Source: a virus (lineage: Duplodnaviria; Caudoviricetes). Taken from it: DNA of 64,000 nt. Numbering within the stretch: the first letter of the stretch is position 1; each line of letters starts with the position of its first letter. Below, piece by piece: positions 29,192 through 37,920 of this stretch. The DNA lies in the IMG/VR virus record IMGVR_UViG_3300025575_000011, positions 20,151 through 84,150 of that record; one strand, written 5' to 3'. The notes beneath the pieces were generated by a model. The model was not told where the DNA came from, searched no databases, and saw nothing but the letters and a program-made list of their open reading frames with translations. Made by a program: the position numbers and the translations under genes.

Positions 29192-30094
29192 TTGTCCATG
29201 TTGTTCTGGGATTGCGGAAACAGCTATGGAAAAGCACGAGACTCTAAAGGAAGAGAATTAAAAATCCTATCAGTAATAGGCAAAGCACAAGAAACTTTTA
29301 CAGAAAAACAACTATGGCAAATTGATGGAAATTATATCGGTGAAGATGCAATTTTACATGGTTATGCTCAAGATTATTCCCTTGATGAAATCAAAACAGA
29401 ACAATCTACATTTAAAACATTAACAAAATATGCTTTATGTAATTACAAAGGTGAGAATAAAATCGTTTTCTTGTTTCCATTTGAATCTTATTTCAGTGAA
29501 AAGAAACAAATTGTAGAAATGTTTTCAAGAAATATGGATATTGCTTATAAAATAGGAAATACTACTTACAATTATAATTTTAAACCTGAACTTATACGCT
29601 CACTTCCGCAAGGATACTGTGCAGGAATGGATTATTTTCTTGATGATGAAGGTAAAATAAAAGAAGAAATCCCAAATACAGTTTTAATAATTGATGTAGG
29701 AATGGGAACTGTAAACTATATTTATTTACTCAGAGGAGAAATTGTTAGGGAAATGTCTCATACAACTAATAATGGAATGCATCAGATTTATAAAAGAGGA
29801 CTTCAAGGCAAAAAAATATATGAAGTTGATTTATTCAATGGTTTTAATTCAGTAGCTCATTTATATCCAGATCAAGCAACATTAATTAAGAGTGATATTT
29901 CAACTTATTACGAGTTAAAAAAATTAGATCAAATAGTTGTTGTAGGTGGAGGAGGGGAAGCAATATATCATTTCTTGCCTTGGACAAATAAGGTTTTGCA
30001 CAAAGGACAATTTTCTAATGTTAGAGGTGCAAGTAAGGTGGTGCAAAATTTATCATGGGGGAAATCAGAACATTTAGAGATGATGATGTCTTAA
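29192..30094 (+). CDS. ParM/StbA-like actin-family ATPase
   Basis: DCGNSYGK, IIDVGMGTVN, VVVGGGG actin-fold motifs. Confidence 0.85.
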   Translation: MSMLFWDCGNSYGKARDSKGRELKILSVIGKAQETFTEKQLWQIDGNYIGEDAILHGYAQDYSLDEIKTEQSTFKTLTKYALCNYKGENKIVFLFPFESYFSEKKQIVEMFSRNMDIAYKIGNTTYNYNFKPELIRSLPQGYCAGMDYFLDDEGKIKEEIPNTVLIIDVGMGTVNYIYLLRGEIVREMSHTTNNGMHQIYKRGLQGKKIYEVDLFNGFNSVAHLYPDQATLIKSDISTYYELKKLDQIVVVGGGGEAIYHFLPWTNKVLHKGQFSNVRGASKVVQNLSWGKSEHLEMMMS

Positions 30095-30285
30095 AACCTT
30101 TGTTAGATACAATTCCTAGAAGAAAGATGGGTAAGATAATTAGGAGAGCGTTGTATGATTATTTTTTCAAGGGAAAAGATATAGTAATGGCAGAGGATGA
30201 GGATTGTTATATAGAAGTGGTTGAGGTTGAAGAGGTTAAAATTAAACCAGTAAAAGAAATTAAATTTGATATGTTTGAAGATTAG
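30055..30285 (+). CDS. ParR-like RHH adaptor
   Basis: overlaps the ParM 3' end; TFRDDD.L...KIIRRALYDYF with acidic tail. Confidence 0.6.
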   Translation: MGEIRTFRDDDVLKPLLDTIPRRKMGKIIRRALYDYFFKGKDIVMAEDEDCYIEVVEVEEVKIKPVKEIKFDMFED

Positions 30286-30311
30286 TCCTGAGAAATCAGG
30301 GCTTTTCTTTT
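30284..30311 (+). terminator. intrinsic terminator
   Basis: AGTCCTGA-GAAA-TCAGGGCT followed by a T run. Confidence 0.75.
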
Positions 30312-30317
30312 ACCTTT

Positions 30318-30419
30318 TTACATATATCCCATATTGTGAGCCATCACAATTGCTGTAAACCCATATGCAATTGCTAGAACTATAATTATTGATAGTTTAT
30401 TTTTAGTATTTGCTGTCAT
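30318..30419 (-). CDS. 33 aa hydrophobic peptide
   Basis: own translation MTANTKNKLSIIIVLAIAYGFTAIVMAHNMGYM; GGAGGG RBS. Confidence 0.55.
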   Translation of the reverse strand: MTANTKNKLSIIIVLAIAYGFTAIVMAHNMGYM

Positions 30420-30569
30420 GTATTTTCCCTCCTTTTTGATTTTGTACTATTATTATGTCCTTTATTTTAGTGTTTATTGAGCGAAATATATCCATAAAAT
30501 CCCATGAATATAGACAATCAGCACTAGACTATATATGGGTATAAGGTAAAGTGAGGTGAGCTAATAAAG

Positions 30570-30812
30570 ATGTTAAGCAAAGTAGAAATTGATATTCTAA
30601 TGCATCTGAAAAGTGAGGGATTAGTTGATGCTATGAACAGCAGAACCATTAAAAACGTCAGTATTTCAATTGATCTCAATCTCTTTCGTACACGCAATAA
30701 TTTGTATCACTTGCAATTGTTAGGAATGGTTGGACTTGGATTTAAGGAGATTCGGTCAAACACTTATTATTTGACACAGAAAGGGATTGATGAAATTGAG
30801 AAAATTGGGTGA
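30570..30812 (+). CDS. winged-helix DNA-binding protein
   Basis: helix-helix-wing pattern ending YYLTQKG. Confidence 0.6.
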   Translation: MLSKVEIDILMHLKSEGLVDAMNSRTIKNVSISIDLNLFRTRNNLYHLQLLGMVGLGFKEIRSNTYYLTQKGIDEIEKIG

Positions 30813-31050
30813 TGTTTTAAAGATCAGAAGTAAAAGTAGTATTAGAGAATCTAAAGAAGTTAAGAAGATCATTCCGAAACGATGCATCAAATGTAACAGT
30901 GAAAATATCATCGGTCATGGATTAGTAATTGGAATGGCTAAAATTAATTTAGATACTTTAGAAGTTGATGAATGCGGTGATGAATTTGAGATTTATGACG
31001 AAGAGAATTTAGAGTATCGGTGTGGCGATTGTGATTTTAGTTGGGAGTAA
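30787..31050 (+). CDS. Zn-ribbon hypothetical protein
   Basis: CIKC...CGDC. Confidence 0.5.
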   Translation: MMKLRKLGDVLKIRSKSSIRESKEVKKIIPKRCIKCNSENIIGHGLVIGMAKINLDTLEVDECGDEFEIYDEENLEYRCGDCDFSWE

Positions 31051-31063
31051 GGAGGGATTATCA

Positions 31064-31360
31064 ATGACCAATTACACTGTTTTAAAACCTGAAAATGTTA
31101 TCTTTAGTAGAGTAGAAAAACGTCTTAGAGGTAGAACTTATAATTGTGGAATATGCGAAACCACAAGTCTTATTCTCACTGATAAATCCATTATCACAAA
31201 GGAAAATGATTCACAAATTATTCACGCTTTAAATTATTGTCCAATATGCGATCAGAGATTTTCTATCAGAGTAGATTTAGAGGATAGTAGTGTATTTTTG
31301 ATTAAGTTTCCTGATTGGGAAGATGACGATAATATTTATCCTAAGAGGAGAGTTGACTGA
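31064..31360 (+). CDS. Zn-ribbon hypothetical protein
   Basis: CGIC...CPIC; AGGAGG RBS. Confidence 0.55.
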   Translation: MTNYTVLKPENVIFSRVEKRLRGRTYNCGICETTSLILTDKSIITKENDSQIIHALNYCPICDQRFSIRVDLEDSSVFLIKFPDWEDDDNIYPKRRVD

Positions 31361-31383
31361 TTAAATTTAAGGAGGATGAAATT

Positions 31384-31563
31384 ATGACTACGAAAGAATT
31401 AAATGAACTAGATGGTGCTGAACTATTGAATGATTTTTATGCAAGAATTGACAGACTTGCGATGATTAATCATTATTATGAGGATAATGGGATTGAAGTT
31501 CCTGAATGGATTGTTGATAAGAATATTGAGATGGTTGAAGTTTTTAAGAAATTGGGAGTGTAA
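31384..31563 (+). CDS. 59 aa hypothetical protein
   Basis: own translation MTTKELNELD...KKLGV; AAGGAGG RBS. Confidence 0.55.
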   Translation: MTTKELNELDGAELLNDFYARIDRLAMINHYYEDNGIEVPEWIVDKNIEMVEVFKKLGV

Positions 31564-31578
31564 AGGAGAGGAAAAAAC

Positions 31579-31860
31579 ATGGAAGCAGAGTTTACAGACT
31601 TTAGAGAGAATACTAATTGGGTTAATGGAATAGTCGGAGACAACATTAGTTTCAGTGCTAAATTATACAATGAACCTTCAAAATATTGCTTAAATGGAGG
31701 AAGAGTCAGTAATATGTTTATGTACAAAGGTCATGTTTGTATCTTTAATTACAATTATGATGATCATAGTGATGGTATTGAGATTAATGAAGAGAATGTG
31801 GAGTATTTTGAATGTGTTATGGAATTGTTAGAAAATAGTCCAGAAAGAGATTTTGATTAG
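31579..31860 (+). CDS. hypothetical protein, paralog 1
   Basis: MEA.FT...NWV.G....F.AKL....SKY...GGR.S shared with the next ORF. Confidence 0.7.
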   Translation: MEAEFTDFRENTNWVNGIVGDNISFSAKLYNEPSKYCLNGGRVSNMFMYKGHVCIFNYNYDDHSDGIEINEENVEYFECVMELLENSPERDFD

Positions 31861-31871
31861 GAGGAATTGAT

Positions 31872-32141
31872 ATGGAAGCAATTTTCACAAGATTTGATAA
31901 CGAAGACAATTGGGTTCAGGGTGAATGTGGCGGATTTAGTTTTGACGCTAAACTGTTCAATACTGGTTCAAAGTATGGAATTGATGGTGGAAGAATATCA
32001 AAATTATGCATTCAAAATCAATATGGAATGATGGCAAATTTTGATCGAGGATGGGATATTGAACCTCCAGAGGAGCATATGGATTACTATTTAGCTATTG
32101 TTGATTTGTTGGAGAATAGTGATGTTAGGAATTTTGGGTAA
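31872..32141 (+). CDS. hypothetical protein, paralog 2
   Basis: tandem paralog of 31579..31860. Confidence 0.7.
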   Translation: MEAIFTRFDNEDNWVQGECGGFSFDAKLFNTGSKYGIDGGRISKLCIQNQYGMMANFDRGWDIEPPEEHMDYYLAIVDLLENSDVRNFG

Positions 32142-32179
32142 GGGTTAAGTTAGGATTAAAATTTGAGGAGGATGAGATT

Positions 32180-32284
32180 ATGAATGTTTCACTATTGTTT
32201 CTTCTTAAAGTAGTTTTATATTCAGGTGCAATTATCATTGTTACCAAAGCAGTACGATATGTATATAAAGAGGAGGAAAGTTAA
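32180..32284 (+). CDS. 34 aa single-TM protein
   Basis: own translation MNVSLLFLLKVVLYSGAIIIVTKAVRYVYKEEES; GAGGAGG RBS. Confidence 0.55.
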   Translation: MNVSLLFLLKVVLYSGAIIIVTKAVRYVYKEEES

Positions 32285-32538
32285 TGAAAATCATTGGATT
32301 TTATCACAATCCTAAATTAATCAATAGTTGTAAGGTTGTAATTCCACAAGTTCTTAAAGGTTTAATGGTTATGGGATTCACTTTTACCTTTACAGATGAC
32401 GCTGTATCACTATTAGCCCCTTATATTGATATTAATGGAATTTACCAATGTACTAATCATGGTGTGATTGATGGAAATTTAGTTAAACATCTATACCAAG
32501 CAGTAAATGATTCAATGTCGCATAATTTAATTAAGTAG
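32284..32538 (+). CDS. hypothetical protein
   Basis: 84 aa, TAATG-coupled to the previous ORF. Confidence 0.6.
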   Translation: MKIIGFYHNPKLINSCKVVIPQVLKGLMVMGFTFTFTDDAVSLLAPYIDINGIYQCTNHGVIDGNLVKHLYQAVNDSMSHNLIK

Positions 32539-32550
32539 AAGGGAGAAATT

Positions 32551-32697
32551 ATGCAAAATTTATTATTAGTTCTTAATATCACTTCATATGTAGTTTTGAT
32601 CTTCTGTGGCATTCAAGCAATGAAATTTGTGTATGGGGTTCAAGCAATCAAAATTGTATATTCAATTTTCAAAAGTCAAAAATTATCTGTTAAATAA
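32551..32697 (+). CDS. 48 aa membrane protein
   Basis: own translation MQNLLLVLNITSYVVLIFCGIQAMK...; AAGGGAG RBS. Confidence 0.55.
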   Translation: MQNLLLVLNITSYVVLIFCGIQAMKFVYGVQAIKIVYSIFKSQKLSVK

Positions 32698-32711
32698 GAG
32701 GAGGAATTAGC

Positions 32712-32924
32712 GTGAGAAGGCTAATCAACAAAAAATTAGTAGTAAGTGCAACATGTTTAGTTGGTGGATATTTAATAATGCAAATAAACGAGGGTGCTTA
32801 TGTTGAATCATGGTTGTTTTACAAAATGGTTGCAGAGTTATTAGGGTTTGCAGTTTTTAGTATTGGACTAATTGGTGTCTTGGGGATTGGAGTTAAATCA
32901 GGGATTAAAGGATTGAAAGGTTAA
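32712..32924 (+). CDS. two-TM membrane protein
   Basis: two hydrophobic stretches; GAGGAGG RBS, GTG start. Confidence 0.6.
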   Translation: MRRLINKKLVVSATCLVGGYLIMQINEGAYVESWLFYKMVAELLGFAVFSIGLIGVLGIGVKSGIKGLKG

Positions 32925-32949
32925 TTAAATTAAGAGGAGTGTGTAAATT

Positions 32950-33123
32950 ATGTATCAAGAAATTGCTCAGATTCTAGCCATAATTGCCATAACTATTGTA
33001 GGTATATATCCTCTATTATCAAAGAGAACTAAGCCTCCAATGTGGTATATAAAAGGTACTTTAGGGATATCCGCAGTTTATACAATCGGAATAGTTGCCA
33101 TTGTAAAACTAGGTTTAAACTAA
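32950..33123 (+). CDS. 57 aa two-TM membrane protein
   Basis: own translation MYQEIAQILAIIAITIVGIYPLL...KLGLN; GAGGAG RBS. Confidence 0.55.
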   Translation: MYQEIAQILAIIAITIVGIYPLLSKRTKPPMWYIKGTLGISAVYTIGIVAIVKLGLN

Positions 33124-33257
33124 AGAAAACCAAAAAAATACCCCTCAAATGAGGGGATTGGGAAAAGGGTATAATCATTCTTAGATTTTCTTCACATACA
33201 TGCGTATGCAAATAAATATGCGTGGGGTATCTAAATTATGCCAGTACGTTTAGTACT

Positions 33258-33353
33258 TTATTTCAAAAGACTTGATGCAATATTTGCCAATTGGATTACG
33301 CTATACCCTGTAATTCCTAAACCAGTTAAGATCATTCCAATTCCTAAAAACAT
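33258..33353 (-). CDS. 31 aa hydrophobic peptide
   Basis: own translation MFLGIGMILTGLGITGYSVIQLANIASSLLK; GAAAGAAGG RBS. Confidence 0.45.
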   Translation of the reverse strand: MFLGIGMILTGLGITGYSVIQLANIASSLLK

Positions 33354-33474
33354 ATTAAAACCTTCTTTCAATTTTTATTTTATTTCTCTTTAGTCGGTTT
33401 TGAATTTCTTGCTTACGACCATAATTGTAGTATCACCCATTTCAAAAATTATATACATGAAAGGAGAAAAAATT

Positions 33475-33597
33475 ATGATGAAAACTTTAGAAACAATTTT
33501 AAACATTATTTCTTATGGGTTTTTAGTGACAATTGGGATTGTTATTATCAGAATTGGGATGAAGGTTACTGGATTTAAAATCTTCGGCAAGAGATAA
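33475..33597 (+). CDS. 40 aa single-TM protein
   Basis: MMKTLETILNIISYGFLVTIGIVIIRIG...; AAGGAG RBS. Confidence 0.55.
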   Translation: MMKTLETILNIISYGFLVTIGIVIIRIGMKVTGFKIFGKR

Positions 33598-33617
33598 AGT
33601 TTAAAGGAGGAATATAC

Positions 33618-33848
33618 ATGTTAGTTGAACCATTTCACACCAGTGTATATCCCATATTAGTTCAAATAGCAATGGTGATGGTTTTGTACTCTGTGTGTGT
33701 TCTCGGCTACACGCAAATACGAAGACCAGACGTTGCTCAGATGGTAGAAAAATTAAGAGGGTTATTGTTCGGTTTTCTATTAGTTAAGTGTTCTTACCTT
33801 ATTGTAATGTTTATTAATAACACTATTGATAAAATTGTAATTAAATGA
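33618..33848 (+). CDS. two-TM protein (pilin/VirB2-like topology)
   Basis: 76 aa, two TM segments separated by a short basic loop. Confidence 0.55.
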   Translation: MLVEPFHTSVYPILVQIAMVMVLYSVCVLGYTQIRRPDVAQMVEKLRGLLFGFLLVKCSYLIVMFINNTIDKIVIK

Positions 33849-33859
33849 GGTGACATTTT

Positions 33860-34213
33860 ATGGCTGGATTCTTTAGTGACATAACTGTAAATCCTTTTAT
33901 TCCGAATCCCGCTTTTGCTAAACCAGAGGAAGCTAATTTTATAGAGAAAGGAATTTCTAATGGAATAGAAAAGGGGTTGGGGAACGTTGGTGACAAGGTT
34001 CTCCAAGCAGGAAAAGTTAAGACAGAATCAATGATGCACAATCTACCTGAAATTGCGACTCTAGCATTGGTTATGTATCTCATATATTTAGGGTATATGT
34101 CTTTCATTAGGAAGGATGGACGCAAAAGAGAAATTGATTTCTCAAGAATGTATGTAGTTTTTATGGTCTATATTGTCTTCAAGTTATTCTGGAAGGTAGT
34201 ATTAAAAATCTAG
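33860..34213 (+). CDS. membrane protein with two C-terminal TMs
   Basis: 117 aa; GAGGTG RBS. Confidence 0.6.
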   Translation: MAGFFSDITVNPFIPNPAFAKPEEANFIEKGISNGIEKGLGNVGDKVLQAGKVKTESMMHNLPEIATLALVMYLIYLGYMSFIRKDGRKREIDFSRMYVVFMVYIVFKLFWKVVLKI

Positions 34214-34242
34214 TTCATTAAATTAAGAGGAGAGTGTTAATT

Positions 34243-34347
34243 ATGATTAAAAATTTATTAAAAGGTTTAGGTTTATTGGCAATATTTTATGTAGGAATCT
34301 TAACCATAAATGGATTCTTAGAAAAGGTAATCACAAATATCAAATAA
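34243..34347 (+). CDS. 34 aa single-TM protein
   Basis: own translation MIKNLLKGLGLLAIFYVGILTINGFLEKVITNIK. Confidence 0.5.
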   Translation: MIKNLLKGLGLLAIFYVGILTINGFLEKVITNIK

Positions 34348-34359
34348 GGAGGATTTAAA

Positions 34360-36756
34360 ATGCAACAAAAAGCATTAATCAACTTTAGAAAAAGAGAGAT
34401 CCTTCCAACAAAACTTAAAAGAGAAACCTTTGGATACAAAGCATACTCTATTACGCCCTCTCGTTTTATCGAGAGTGGCGAGGCACTTAAACAAATCTTA
34501 GATACTGCAAGTGCAATTCATGAAGGAATGTTTAAATATGATTACCTTAATAAATCATTTGTAATAAACCAATCAAGTCCTATTTATTATGAAGTTTTAT
34601 ATGAAGGCAAAAATATTTCATTCAATTATATCATACCCGATAAATATACAGAGGTATTAGTAAATAAAATTGATCGTGTATTTCGTGTGGCTGCGGTAAA
34701 GGAACTAGAAGAAGATTATTTCCATAATTTTGTAAATAAATATTATTGTACTTTTGCACAGAAAAAACATTTTATGTTTTCATTAAATACTAATGCAGAT
34801 GATAGTTTATTAGAAAATTTATTGTCAGTTATAAATTCAGTCCAACCTGACGATAAAGTTTTACTTCAAGTTGCATTAAATCCCCTTAATGAAAAATGGA
34901 AAGAAGATTGGGCTAAAGCAAACATTAAACGTAAAAATGGGGAAGAACTGGCAGTTCATCCTAGTAAAGCAATTTCTGTTATTGAAAGCATAATGGGTAC
35001 TGTTGAAAATGCTCTAGATTTAGTAGACATAATTGTTGGAGTAGATAAGAAAGAAAAAGAAGCATATTCAAAAAAGGAAAAGCAAATTGATAGTTGGGGA
35101 GGGAATATGTATCGCAATGCCAATCTGACAAAACAAAAGATAAATGGAAATGGATTTGAATGTCAGATTAGACTTTATTGCACTAGTGAAGAAAGGACAA
35201 GATACTATCAAAAGATATTCTCAGGAGTTTTTAAGGTGTTGGATGCAGAGCAAGAGTTGGAATTTACTACAATAGGAAAACATAAGAGCAAGGATAGAGA
35301 ATTTGAAGGGCATTTAACTAGTAAGAATGTATTTTCTACGAAAGAGATCATGCCATTCTTGAGATTACCCAATCGCAAAATGCAGGGAGACTTCAAGGAG
35401 AGTATGAAAGCAATTCAAATTACTGAGGTTCCTATACCAGAGGAATTATTAAATGGAGAAATTCCTATAGGAGAAGCATCATATAAGGAAAATAAATTTA
35501 TAGCTTATTGGAACACGAGAAACAAAGATATTGCTGCAATGCACAAAATATTAGCTGGTATGCAAAGAGCAGGTAAAACAAACTACCTAATACACTTTGC
35601 AATAAAATCTATGAAAGCAGGTCAATCAGTTTTTGTAATTGACAGCATTAAAAATTGTGAACTAGCCGATGCAATAAGAGATCACCTGCCACCAGAATTC
35701 CATCATAAAATTATTGTATTGGATTATAGTAATCTAGACTATCTACTTTCATTAGCATGGAGTGAACTCAGAAAACATCAAGGAGAAACAGACAAGAAGC
35801 ACAGAATGATGTTAGCAAGTCAAATTGCAGGAAATCTTGAATCATTTATTGAGAGCGTTGGAGCAGGATCAGTTCAAGAGAAATTTAGTGCACGAATGAA
35901 ACGATTCTTAGCATGTGCAGCAAAGCTAGTTTTATCACAAGAAGGAACGAATATTAAAGATGTTTTAGATGTGCTTCAAGAGAGGGATATTAGAGATGAA
36001 TTTATTGAAAGATCAGGTTTGCCTGAATCAAATATTATTGTTCAAGAATTAAGAAGATTAGACGACCCTAAAACTGAAGGGACAAGATATGATTTAATAG
36101 GAGGAATTATAGACAGAGCATCAATAATGACAAATGATTACCTTATGGAATTGTTGCTTAGTGTAAAACCCAATGATGAGATTGACTTTAGATATTGGGC
36201 TGATAATGGATACTGTGTGTTAATTAAAGTTTCCGAACTTAAAGTAAGCAGAACTGCTCTAAGACCTTTGGTTTCATTTATCTATTCAAAATTATGGTTG
36301 AGTATGTTTTCTAGAGGAGAACAAAAAAGTCCTAGAATCACAAATGTAATACTTGATGAGATCCACAACTTCCCAGAGGTATGTAATATGATCAAGGGAA
36401 ATTGTCGTGAATCGGCTAAATACGGATTAAGTTATGTTTTTACTAGCCATATGCTCACAGACCTTAAAGGATTGTTACCAATTATTAAAGGGTCTGGTGC
36501 TAGTTTTATGTTATTTAAAACCACTAAAGAGAATTTGAGGTTATTGGAAGAAGAATTAATGCAAGGTGGAATTACGATAGAAGAAGCTCTGGAACTTAAA
36601 AAATTCCACACTATTAACATCGTCAATTATGATAGGGAATATGCAGTATTTACAACGAAAGCACCTGATTTAATAGACAAGTGTTATAAACTCATTGATA
36701 GAAGTCATATAGATTTAGAATGTAGTATGAAATATGGGAGTCCTTTTGAAGATTAG
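34360..36756 (+). CDS. large FtsK/HerA/VirB4-superfamily P-loop ATPase
   Basis: Walker A AGMQRAGKT, VFVIDS, Walker B VILDEIHNF, RESAKYGLSYVFTSH. Confidence 0.75.
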   Translation: MQQKALINFRKREILPTKLKRETFGYKAYSITPSRFIESGEALKQILDTASAIHEGMFKYDYLNKSFVINQSSPIYYEVLYEGKNISFNYIIPDKYTEVLVNKIDRVFRVAAVKELEEDYFHNFVNKYYCTFAQKKHFMFSLNTNADDSLLENLLSVINSVQPDDKVLLQVALNPLNEKWKEDWAKANIKRKNGEELAVHPSKAISVIESIMGTVENALDLVDIIVGVDKKEKEAYSKKEKQIDSWGGNMYRNANLTKQKINGNGFECQIRLYCTSEERTRYYQKIFSGVFKVLDAEQELEFTTIGKHKSKDREFEGHLTSKNVFSTKEIMPFLRLPNRKMQGDFKESMKAIQITEVPIPEELLNGEIPIGEASYKENKFIAYWNTRNKDIAAMHKILAGMQRAGKTNYLIHFAIKSMKAGQSVFVIDSIKNCELADAIRDHLPPEFHHKIIVLDYSNLDYLLSLAWSELRKHQGETDKKHRMMLASQIAGNLESFIESVGAGSVQEKFSARMKRFLACAAKLVLSQEGTNIKDVLDVLQERDIRDEFIERSGLPESNIIVQELRRLDDPKTEGTRYDLIGGIIDRASIMTNDYLMELLLSVKPNDEIDFRYWADNGYCVLIKVSELKVSRTALRPLVSFIYSKLWLSMFSRGEQKSPRITNVILDEIHNFPEVCNMIKGNCRESAKYGLSYVFTSHMLTDLKGLLPIIKGSGASFMLFKTTKENLRLLEEELMQGGITIEEALELKKFHTINIVNYDREYAVFTTKAPDLIDKCYKLIDRSHIDLECSMKYGSPFED

Positions 36757-36767
36757 GAGGGAGTTAA

Positions 36768-37307
36768 ATGAAAAGTATTACGGATTTTCGTATTACTACA
36801 AATTGGCATGAGGTTGATAACTTTCATGCCTCTCCCCATTCAGGTTTAGATTTGGCCTGTGTTACTGGGACAAAAATTTATTCCCAAGATTCAGGGACAA
36901 TCTCTCTTACAATTGATCAATGGTTGGGTAATACTGTACGTTTAAAGCTCGATGATGGTAGGATTATAGTATATGGACACTTGAGTAAGATAAACGTCAC
37001 ACAAGGGCAACGTGTGGGTGTCAATGAACTTTTAGCTGAAACAGGAGGTGCTGTGGGCAGTCCAAACAGCGGAAGAACAACTGCTGAACATTTGCATGTG
37101 AGCGAGTACAGTTTTGATGGCACTACTTTAATTGACCCAACTAATTATCTATTCCATCATGAGTTGGTTGCCCAAAGTAATTCAAGTCCATTTTTAGTCC
37201 CTACCATGCTTATTCTATTATTTATTATCTTTTTTAAGTTCCGAAAGTTTTTTATATATGGATTTGGAATATGTGCTATTCTAGGAATTATTTTTATCGC
37301 TTCATAA
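36768..37307 (+). CDS. M23 peptidase with C-terminal TM anchor
   Basis: HSGLD, YGHL, HLH zinc motifs; two hydrophobic C-terminal segments. Confidence 0.88.
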   Translation: MKSITDFRITTNWHEVDNFHASPHSGLDLACVTGTKIYSQDSGTISLTIDQWLGNTVRLKLDDGRIIVYGHLSKINVTQGQRVGVNELLAETGGAVGSPNSGRTTAEHLHVSEYSFDGTTLIDPTNYLFHHELVAQSNSSPFLVPTMLILLFIIFFKFRKFFIYGFGICAILGIIFIAS

Positions 37308-37333
37308 AATAAAATAAGGAGAGCGAATTAATT

Positions 37334-37573
37334 ATGTGGAAATTAGGACAAGATTATGATTGGAAAGGTAAATATGTTATCACAAAGAATGAATTTGGAT
37401 TTAATGTTTATGATATTGAAAGTGATATGAATGTTTATGAAGATGGATTATCTTATGTGGTAGCATTATATAGACAACAGAAATTGAATTGGATTGAAAC
37501 ATTATCTCTAGAAGAATGGCATAAGATATTTCATTTTATGAGTGGTGATTTATATAGGATTGCGACTGAATAA
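37334..37573 (+). CDS. hypothetical protein
   Basis: 79 aa ORF, AGGAG RBS. Confidence 0.5.
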   Translation: MWKLGQDYDWKGKYVITKNEFGFNVYDIESDMNVYEDGLSYVVALYRQQKLNWIETLSLEEWHKIFHFMSGDLYRIATE

Positions 37574-37878
37574 ATATAGAGGAGTAAAGTATTATTTATT
37601 AGTTATATGAGCATAATGAAATAAGGAGTGATTAGTTTGCTTCTTATTTCATTTTAGGCGACAATTTGAAAGGTAGTGATATGGGTGGGATATATGAGTA
37701 ATATATTTAAAGGAGTTAGGAGATTGACTGTAAGTAGAAGCCAAATGATTGATTATATAGGTGAACGGATGGAACATGTTGATGAAGAAATTATTGATCA
37801 GGTTTTGAGTGAGGAAAAGAATTTTCTTAGAGAGAAAAACATTATGTATTGAATTTTAACGTTTTAGGTCTATTTTAT

Positions 37879-37907
37879 TTGATTTATGGATATTATTAAT
37901 ATATACT
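37879..37907 (+). promoter_or_regulatory. sigma-A-type promoter
   Basis: TTGATT-17 nt-TATACT. Confidence 0.7.
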
Positions 37908-37920
37908 CAAAAGAAGGGAC

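Noticed and set aside
30480-33475. Sporulation sigma-factor promoters for the membrane operon
   Set aside because: Only partial CATA-type matches were found, insufficient to call.
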